From Planctomycetota bacterium (GTDB lineage: Bacteria > Planctomycetota > SZUA-567 > H5-PLA8), in NCBI GenBank assembly GCA_038227875.1, contig JBBRPR010000025.1, positions 1-64,000 on the forward strand: a stretch of DNA of 64,000 nucleotides, read 5' to 3'. Each line of letters begins with the position of its first letter. Positions within the stretch are counted from its first letter, which is position 1. Made by a program: the position numbers and the translations under genes. Below the pieces are notes generated by a model that made no database searches, was not told where the DNA came from, and saw only the letters and a list, made by a program, of their open reading frames with translations. Shown in pieces: positions 17,310 through 22,380 of the stretch.

Positions 17310-17380
17310 TTCGCCCGCCGGGAATTGCACCCAGTCTTCGATCTCGCAAGATTCGCGTGCTATAGTTACACTACGGGCGA
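17310..17380 (-). tRNA. tRNA-like paralog of tRNA-Arg(GCG) with an ambiguous anticodon (TGC by position); possibly pseudo-tRNA
   Basis: Body nearly identical to the neighbouring Arg(GCG) gene; arm CGAAT-CTTGCGA-GATCG; no G3:U70. Confidence 0.6.
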
Positions 17381-17409
17381 AGCTCTCAGTCCTCAGTCCT
17401 GTCCATTAT

Positions 17410-17484
17410 TGGCGCTCTCGCGAGGACTTGAACCTCGATCAACCGGTTAGAAGCCGGACGCTCTATCCATTGAGCTACGTGAGC
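17410..17484 (-). tRNA. tRNA-Arg(TCT)
   Basis: TCCGG-CT TCT AA-CCGGT; D-loop AATGGATA; encoded CCA. Confidence 0.9.
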
Positions 17485-17519
17485 GCAATTCGATACTCAG
17501 TCCTCAGTCCTTCCGTTCT

Positions 17520-17594
17520 TGGCGCTCCCGCGAGGACTCAAACCCCGATTGGCCGGTTCGAAGCCGGCTGTCCTATTCATTGAACGACAGGAGC
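17520..17594 (-). tRNA. tRNA-Arg(TCG), uncommon anticodon
   Basis: GCCGG-CT TCG AA-CCGGC; encoded CCA. Confidence 0.85.
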
Positions 17595-17618
17595 AAAATT
17601 CCGTATTCCTTTCACACA

Positions 17619-17693
17619 TGCCGCGAGTGGGATTCGAACCCACATAAACCTGGGTCTGAAACAGGCGCCTATGCCATGTTCGGCTACCGCGGC
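17619..17693 (-). tRNA. tRNA-Leu(CAG) with short variable region
   Basis: CCTGT-TT CAG AC-CCAGG; variable region only TTTAT; GGTTCGAATCCC; A73. Confidence 0.82.
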
Positions 17694-17723
17694 GTAACTT
17701 CAGCATCTCCTTCTTCTTCACGA

Positions 17724-17806
17724 TCAGGGCGGGGAGAGTCGAACTCCCATGGGCTTAAACCCGGCGGTATCTCGAACCGCTGCGTATGCCTTTCCGCCAC
17801 GCCCCG
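17724..17806 (-). tRNA. tRNA-Leu(GAG)
   Basis: GCGGT-TC GAG AT-ACCGC (C33), long variable arm, A73. Confidence 0.85.
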
Positions 17807-17831
17807 TGATTTGCACTTCTTGCTTCCTCAC

Positions 17832-17913
17832 TGCTCCCGAGAGGACTCGCACCTCTACGGCCCGACGGCCAGCCAATTTTAAGTCGGCCGCGTCTGCATT
17901 CCGCCACGGAAGC
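17832..17913 (-). tRNA. tRNA-Leu(TAA)
   Basis: GCCGA-CT TAA AA-TTGGC, long variable arm, T-loop TGCGAGT. Confidence 0.87.
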
Positions 17914-17939
17914 TTCTTCCCCTCTTTCCATCACCAATT

Positions 17940-18015
17940 TGGTGGAGACAGTGGGAGTTGCACCCACCTCACCGAGTATGCAAAACTCAGTCGCCCCTAC
18001 GGTACATGTGCCCCC
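17940..18015 (-). tRNA. tRNA-Ala(TGC)
   Basis: TGAGT-TT TGC AT-ACTCG; G3:U70 in the acceptor stem; ACCA end. Confidence 0.82.
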
Positions 18016-18049
18016 AACTCAGTCCTCAGCACTCAGTCCTTTCTGTTAA

Positions 18050-18120
18050 TAGCCACTGAGGGAATCGAACCCCCACCTTCAGTATGTAAAGCTGACATCC
18101 TCCCGTTAGACGAAGCGGCC
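18050..18120 (-). tRNA. tRNA-Val(TAC)
   Basis: TCAGC-TT TAC AT-ACTGA; GGTTCGATTCC; A73. Confidence 0.85.
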
Positions 18121-18131
18121 AGGTACGGCGC

Positions 18132-18263
18132 AGGACTGAGGGCCGAGGACTGCGGACTGAGTTAACTGCGAGCGCGCTTCGCTCTTTCTCAATCACGTTC
18201 CAAATTCAAGATTTCAATGCGCGCCAGCGCGCCGCAGTTACTCAGTCCTCGGCCCTCAGTCCT
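18132..18263. repeat. Long inverted repeat built from heptamer (GACTGAG/CTCAGTC) units
   Basis: aggactgagggccgaggactg...agttaactgcgagcgcgct pairs with agcgcgccgcagttactcagtcctcggccctcagtcct. Confidence 0.8.
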
Positions 18264-18273
18264 TTCTGTAAAG

Positions 18274-18346
18274 TTGCGGGCAACGGAATCGAACCGTCAT
18301 TGCAGGCTTATGAGACCCGCCAGGCGCCCACGCCTAGCCACCCGCC
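18274..18346 (-). tRNA. tRNA-Met(CAT), initiator-like 1:72 mismatch
   Basis: CGGGT-CT CAT AA-GCCTG; G1/A72 mismatch; A73. Confidence 0.8.
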
Positions 18347-18393
18347 ATTCCTCGTTCATCACTAATCACACATCACTTCACTTCACTTCACCA

Positions 18394-18466
18394 TGGGGCC
18401 CCCGGGTTTCGAGCCCGGTTCTTCCGTGCTTCAAACGGACGCAATGACCACACCTGCTCAAGCCCC
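18394..18466 (-). tRNA. tRNA-Phe(GAA)
   Basis: TCCGT-TT GAA GC-ACGGA; T-loop CTCGAAA. Confidence 0.83.
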
Positions 18467-18485
18467 GATCCTTGCTCATCATTTC

Positions 18486-18561
18486 TGGCGCTTCCGGCCG
18501 GAGTCGCACCGGCTAATGCCACCTGGACAGGGGGGCAGCTCCACTCTTTGCCATCGGAAGC
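18486..18561 (-). tRNA. tRNA-Asp(GTC), atypical
   Basis: CCCCC-CT GTC CA-GGTGG (C37); G73 followed by CCA; T-loop TGCGACT. Confidence 0.78.
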
Positions 18562-18599
18562 GACTAAAAATTCCGTACTCGACGTTCATCCTTTCCGAG

Positions 18600-18670
18600 A
18601 GGTCACGGCGGGAATCGCACCCACATCGTTCGCTTTGCAGGCGAATGCCTAGCTTTTCGGCCACGTGACC
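18600..18670 (-). tRNA. tRNA-Cys(GCA)
   Basis: TTCGC-CT GCA AA-GCGAA; U73. Confidence 0.88.
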
Positions 18671-18707
18671 AGCCTGTCTTCGTTCTCTTCCGTGATCGGG
18701 GCGCTGG

Positions 18708-18802
18708 CAGCCCGTTGATGAAAGTCTGTTCCGCCAAATTCGTCCGTGAAGCGCCTGGCCTTAAAACGTTCGCGGCGTGGCAGAAGAATTTTCAACGGGC
18801 TG
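18708..18802. mobile_element. MITE-like element, copy 1 (~95 bp)
   Basis: TIR cagcccgttga...tcaacgggctg; interior matches the reverse complement of the copy at 20901-20998. Confidence 0.7.
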
Positions 18803-18824
18803 CGGCGCGCCCCGATCACTCCGC

Positions 18825-19688
18825 TCACTTGCCTTCAAACGCAGCGGTCTTGAAGTGCTCCTTAAAGAGGTCCGCGGCGCGTCGACCGACGGCGCGCATC
18901 GCTTCCTTGCTTTCCACGATCTCGCCCTTCGCTTCGCGGCGGACGTCTTCGATCATCGCCTCAACGACCGTGCGCGTGTCTTCCATGCCCAAGCCGGCCG
19001 GCAACTTGTCGAGCACATGCTGGAGGCGCATCGGCGTCACCCACTCGTCGGCGATCGTCTTGGCGTCCTCGAGCACCTTCAACTTCGCCGGATCCTGAAC
19101 GACCTGCGGCGTGCGGCGTTCGCTGAAGTCGTCGCGCTTGTGCTTGGCGATCACGCAGCTGCCGTCGTTCGTGCGCAGCTCAATGATCGGGCGGAGCACG
19201 ACGCCTTCCCGCTTGTGTTCGCCCATCCCGTTGCGCTGCGCCTGGACTGACGGCGCGTCGCGCTGAGCATCGATCGCTGCGAGGTCGGTCGTGATGCGTT
19301 CGAAGTGAACGACCTCAAGACCCAGTTCTCGTGCGACTTCGGCCATGTCCGGAACCGAGAGCCAGCTGTCGCCGATCTGTACGTCGAAGACGATGAACTT
19401 CAGCGACGTACCGTAGGCGTCCGACATGTTCTGACACTTGCCACCGTAGGCTTCACCAAAGACCGTGACCTCCGGATGCCCGAGCTTCTCGAAACGCGCC
19501 TTCAGCTCCGCGGCATCGAAGAGCGCCATGAACTTCGGCAGGCTCTCGCCGCCCGGGAAGAAGTCGAGCGCCGCGTTCTTCCACGCTACGTTGGCCGACG
19601 TGCCGTGAAGCTTTTCCAGCGCGTAGCATTCCTTGAACAGGAGGATGTCCTGGCAGCGGTACAGATTTTCGATGTGCATGTAACCCAC
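18825..19688 (-). CDS. ATP-dependent RNA ligase, T4 Rnl2-like, inside the tRNA array
   Basis: Nucleotidyltransferase motifs I EKLHGTS, III FGEAYG, IIIa FIVFDV, IV EGVVL, V IAKHKRDDFSE, plus an Rnl2-like C-domain (WVTPMRLQHVLDKL, MIEDVRRE); GAGGA SD. Confidence 0.85.
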   Translation of the reverse strand: MGYMHIENLYRCQDILLFKECYALEKLHGTSANVAWKNAALDFFPGGESLPKFMALFDAAELKARFEKLGHPEVTVFGEAYGGKCQNMSDAYGTSLKFIVFDVQIGDSWLSVPDMAEVARELGLEVVHFERITTDLAAIDAQRDAPSVQAQRNGMGEHKREGVVLRPIIELRTNDGSCVIAKHKRDDFSERRTPQVVQDPAKLKVLEDAKTIADEWVTPMRLQHVLDKLPAGLGMEDTRTVVEAMIEDVRREAKGEIVESKEAMRAVGRRAADLFKEHFKTAAFEGK

Positions 19689-19718
19689 GGCTTCGTCCTC
19701 CTTTTCTCTTTCCTCAAT

Positions 19719-19794
19719 TGGGGTGACCTACGGGAGTCGAACCCGTTCTTCGAGCTTCACAAACTCGCGTGCGAACCGGCACACTCAGGTCTCC
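19719..19794 (-). tRNA. tRNA-His(GTG)
   Basis: CGAGT-TT GTG AA-GCTCG; G-1:C73; encoded CCA. Confidence 0.88.
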
Positions 19795-19819
19795 AACAAA
19801 TCCTCTCATACTTCTCCGA

Positions 19820-19891
19820 TCGGACGGGGAGGAGTCGAACCTCCACCTGCTGCGTATCAGACAGTTATGCAGACCCCTACACCACCGTCCG
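19820..19891 (-). tRNA. tRNA-Ile(GAT)
   Basis: ACTGT-CT GAT AC-GCAGC; GGTTCGACTCC; A73. Confidence 0.85.
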
Positions 19892-19911
19892 TTTTTCAAC
19901 ATCGTTCCAGA

Positions 19912-19985
19912 TCAGGACGGCCGGATTCGAACCGGCGGTCTCCTGCGCCCAAGGCAGGCGCTCTACCAAGCTAAGCCACGTCCTG
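19912..19985 (-). tRNA. tRNA-Pro(TGG)
   Basis: CCTGC-CT TGG GC-GCAGG; C1:G72; canonical D and T arms. Confidence 0.93.
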
Positions 19986-20020
19986 TTTGTACGTTTCCTT
20001 TCAATCATCGCGTTCGTGAG

Positions 20021-20095
20021 TCGGGATGGCCGGATTCGAACCGGCGACCTCCTGCTTCCGACGCAGGCGCTCTGGCCAAGCTGAGCTACATCCCG
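20021..20095 (-). tRNA. tRNA-Pro(CGG)
   Basis: CCTGC-GT CGG AA-GCAGG (G32, A37); C1:G72. Confidence 0.92.
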
Positions 20096-20111
20096 GTGCC
20101 GTTTTCTGCTC

Positions 20112-20183
20112 TCGGGCGCCCAGGAGTTGAACCCGGCCGGCGAGCTTATAAGACCCGCCAGTGCCACCGGCACATCACGCCCG
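20112..20183 (-). tRNA. tRNA-Ile(TAT), rare UAU anticodon
   Basis: CGGGT-CT TAT AA-GCTCG; GGTTCAACTCC; A73. Confidence 0.8.
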
Positions 20184-20234
20184 GCGCACGCTTACTTCGT
20201 TACTCTCCGCTTCCTGACTTCTCTGCTTTCCGCA

Positions 20235-20305
20235 TTGGCCCGCGAGGTGTCGAACCTCGATTCCCGGGTTCAAAGCCCAGTGTCCTACCGTTGGACGACA
20301 GGCCA
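20235..20305 (-). tRNA. tRNA-Gln(TTG)
   Basis: CTGGG-CT TTG AA-CCCGG; U1:A72. Confidence 0.9.
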
Positions 20306-20413
20306 GGGGAATGTCGAAACCTGAATGGCGAATGTCGAATTTTTTGAATCGCGCACTCTCAATTTGTTGCCTCGTTTCTGTTCTTCGACATTCGTCATTC
20401 GAAATTACCCCGA

Positions 20414-20485
20414 TTGCCGGGCAGGGATTCGAACCCCGCTTTCCTGATTCAGAGTCAAGCGTCCTACCTGATAGACGACCCGGCA
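20414..20485 (-). tRNA. tRNA-Gln(CTG)
   Basis: CTTGA-CT CTG AA-TCAGG; U1:A72. Confidence 0.9.
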
Positions 20486-20573
20486 TTCTTTAATTCAGAA
20501 CTATGAATGATGAGTGATGAATGAACTGCTGGCTGGTCGGTCAATTCATCGTTCATCGTTCATCATTTAGACG

Positions 20574-20646
20574 TGCGTCCCGTGGGGCTCGAACCCACAC
20601 CTCTCCGCTTAAAAGGCGGCTACTCTGCCACTCGAGTTACGGACGC
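20574..20646 (-). tRNA. tRNA-Lys(TTT)
   Basis: GCCGC-CT TTT AA-GCGGA; GGTTCGAGCCC. Confidence 0.9.
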
Positions 20647-20686
20647 AAATTCGATTCATCCTTGCTCATCCTACGCTCAGTGCCCA

Positions 20687-20759
20687 TGCCCCCGGGAGGA
20701 CTTGAACCTCCACCACACGGAGTAAGAATCCGGAATGCTGCCGCTAACACCTCGGAGGC
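20687..20759 (-). tRNA. tRNA-Lys(CTT)
   Basis: CCGGA-TT CTT AC-TCCGT; GGTTCAAGTCC. Confidence 0.85.
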
Positions 20760-20804
20760 GAACTGTCGCTTTATTTCTCCTGACTTCTCTCTACCTGACC
20801 TGAA

Positions 20805-20875
20805 TGGAGCGACCGGGATTCGCACCCGAAACGCGACCGTGCGAAAGTCGAATGATCCTGTTTCACCATCGCCCC
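20805..20875 (-). tRNA. tRNA-Ala(CGC)
   Basis: CGACT-TT CGC AC-GGTCG; G3:U70; T-loop TGCGAAT. Confidence 0.87.
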
Positions 20876-20900
20876 ATCTATTTCTCAACCTGACCCATAG

Positions 20901-20998
20901 CAGCCCGTTGATAGACCCTTGTACTGCGCCGCGAAACGCCTTTACTGCCAGGCGTTTCACGGAGAATCCTGGCGGAACAAGGCTTATTCAACGGGCTG
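20901..20998. mobile_element. MITE-like element, copy 2 (~98 bp) with a 4-bp ATAG flanking duplication
   Basis: atag-cagcccgttga...tcaacgggctg-atag; homologous to copy 1 in the opposite orientation. Confidence 0.75.
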
Positions 20999-20999
20999 A

Positions 21000-21071
21000 T
21001 AGCCCCACGGGGAGTCGAACCCCGGTTTCCGGATTGAAAGCCCAGCGTCCTGACCACTAGACGATGGGGCC
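21000..21071 (-). tRNA. tRNA-Glu(TTC)
   Basis: CTGGG-CT TTC AA-TCCGG; GGCCCCATCGTCTAG 5' end. Confidence 0.92.
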
Positions 21072-21130
21072 GAAGTACTGCCGTCTTGCCCTGCCATCCC
21101 GATCGATCGTTTCTTCCACTCTTCCGCACA

Positions 21131-21201
21131 TAGCCTCACGGAGATTCGAACTCCGGCTTCCGGTTCGAGAGACCAGCGTCCTGCCGCTAGACGATGAGGC
21201 C
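21131..21201 (-). tRNA. tRNA-Glu(CTC)
   Basis: CTGGT-CT CTC GA-ACCGG. Confidence 0.9.
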
Positions 21202-21265
21202 AAACTGTGCCGACTCCTGATTTCTATTCCTCTTCCCGCTTCTCGTTTCCTAATTCCCGAACCCA

Positions 21266-21336
21266 CTGCGAAGGAGGGAATCGAACCCCCATCTCCCGCT
21301 TAACAGGCAGGCGCGCTACCATTCCGCCACTTCGCA
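21266..21336 (-). tRNA. tRNA-Asn(GTT)
   Basis: CCTGC-CT GTT AA-GCGGG; U1:A72; G73. Confidence 0.9.
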
Positions 21337-21448
21337 ATAATTGGAGTTGAGGACTGAGTGTCGTGATTCGATAGTTGCATCACTGGCACTCGTTTGAATA
21401 TCTCAGTCCCCAGGTCTCCGATACTTTCTCCCGTTTCCGTTTTCCCGA

Positions 21449-21517
21449 AGCCGCAGTCAGGAATCGAACCTGCCGAATCTCTTTACGAAAGAGACTTGTG
21501 GCCCAGCACACAGCGGC
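21449..21517 (-). tRNA. tRNA-Thr(CGT), compact D-arm
   Basis: TCTCT-TT CGT AA-AGAGA; 69 nt; GCC 5' end. Confidence 0.78.
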
Positions 21518-21559
21518 GAGCCCGCCTGTTTCGAACGCCGTTCGTGTTTCGGGCTCGAA

Positions 21560-21629
21560 AGCCGCCGTCGGGAGTCGAACCCGCAAGCCCTCTCTACCGA
21601 AGAGGACTGTGAAGCCGTCACACAGCGGC
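21560..21629 (-). tRNA. tRNA-Thr(GGT), compact D-arm
   Basis: CCTCT-TC GGT AG-AGAGG (C33); 70 nt. Confidence 0.78.
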
Positions 21630-21659
21630 AACGATCCAAATGCTACGTCCAGGCTCCAG

Positions 21660-21727
21660 AGCCGCGGGCGGGAGTCGAACCCGCTGCGCCTCTTTACAGG
21701 AGAGGCCCGTGACCCTCACACCGCGGC
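21660..21727 (-). tRNA. tRNA-Thr(TGT), compact D-arm
   Basis: CCTCT-CC TGT AA-AGAGG (C33); 68 nt. Confidence 0.78.
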
Positions 21728-21768
21728 GCGGCGCATTTCACTTCTCTTCCCTTCGAATCCGACTTCTT

Positions 21769-21842
21769 TGGAGCGGTCGGCGGGAATCGAACCCGCATCT
21801 CCAGCTTGGCACGCTAGCGCTCGTCCACTGAGCTACGTCCGC
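21769..21842 (-). tRNA. tRNA-Gly(GCC), first gene of the array
   Basis: CTAGC-GT GCC AA-GCTGG; U73 followed by CCA. Confidence 0.92.
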
Positions 21843-22024
21843 AACAACACCACCGTTTCATTCCTCGCCAGATCAGTAAAGACAATGCGACACCTCACTC
21901 GGGAACAGCGGTCCCCGCGCCTGCACTGCGACTGCGAATACGTATGGACGGACAGACTTTCTAAGCGCCGCCAGCGGGTCGGTTGCCGGCGGTTACTGGA
22001 ATTCGCTTAGTTTGGATTCGGGCT

Positions 22025-22062
22025 AAAAAAAAACCTTCCGGGGTTTCTGGCCCCGGAAGGTT
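22025..22062 (-). terminator. Intrinsic terminator (attenuator) upstream of the tRNA array
   Basis: Minus strand AACCTTCCGGGG-CCAGAAA-CCCCGGAAGG followed by 9 T. Confidence 0.9.
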
Positions 22063-22097
22063 GGACTCTTTTTAAGAAGTCCTTCTCTTCTAGGGCC
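22049..22097 (-). promoter_or_regulatory. Putative antiterminator overlapping the leader-ORF stop codon
   Basis: GGCCCUAGAAG (22097-22087) pairs 10/11, including one G-U, with CUUCCGGGGCC (22059-22049), the terminator 5' arm; encloses hairpin GGACUUCUU/AAGAGUCC. Confidence 0.7.
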
Positions 22098-22266
22098 TTA
22101 GCTTTCTCGTATCGTTTTCCACCACCGCCGCGACTGCCGGATTCTGATAGGTCGATGTACCGATACGTTCCAAACTAAACAGCATGGCGGCTCGTCCGAG
22201 TTGGGGTTGTTTCCCCATTCGTAGAGACCATAGATGCGCAGGTATCGGTGACAGACAGCAAACCAT
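22090..22266 (-). CDS. Putative 58-aa pan-codon leader peptide MVCCLSPIPAHLWSLRMGKQPQLGRAAMLFSLERIGTSTYQNPAVAAVVENDTRKLRP
   Basis: AAGGAG SD 12 nt upstream of ATG; all 20 amino acids and 44 distinct codons; TAG 27 nt before the terminator; below the 60-aa ORF cut-off. Confidence 0.75.
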   Translation of the reverse strand: MVCCLSPIPAHLWSLRMGKQPQLGRAAMLFSLERIGTSTYQNPAVAAVVENDTRKLRP

Positions 22267-22300
22267 TTGAATCTAAAGCTCCTTGTTAAGTCTTAATGTG

Positions 22301-22363
22301 AACTAACCCCGCAACTGATTCGATGTCAAGGCAGCCGCTAATGGATTTGTAAATTATTTTTTT
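22301..22363 (-). promoter_or_regulatory. Putative sigma70-type promoter of the leader/tRNA array
   Basis: Perfect TTGACA (22329-22324), 17-bp spacer, weak -10 TTAGTT, upstream A/T tract. Confidence 0.55.
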
Positions 22364-22380
22364 AGCAAACGGGACTCAGG

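Larger units (their letters stand above)
15918..21842 (-). other. tRNA gene array: 34 co-oriented tRNA genes plus HNH and RNA ligase genes
   Basis: 34 cloverleafs decoded by hand on the minus strand; all 20 amino acids represented. Confidence 0.95.

Noticed and set aside
15918..21842. Regularly spaced ~70-nt units resembling a CRISPR array
   Set aside because: The units are distinct tRNAs sharing T-arm motifs; there are no identical direct repeats and no cas genes.
15918..21842. Suppressor, selenocysteine or pyrrolysine tRNA in the array
   Set aside because: No CTA, TTA or TCA anticodon was found among the 34 decoded genes.
16830..22010. Many 60-210 aa ORFs on both strands across the tRNA array
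   Set aside because: They overlap tRNA cloverleafs and lack protein motifs or coding codon bias; only the HNH and RNA ligase ORFs are credible.
21843..22020. Large ncRNA (GOLLD/ROOL-like) or T-box associated with the array
   Set aside because: No spacer is long enough for these RNAs and no T-box consensus was seen; an Rfam scan would settle it.
15880..22380. Prophage or ICE carrying the tRNA array
   Set aside because: No integrase, transposase, phage structural gene or flanking att repeat is visible; ancient horizontal acquisition is not excluded.
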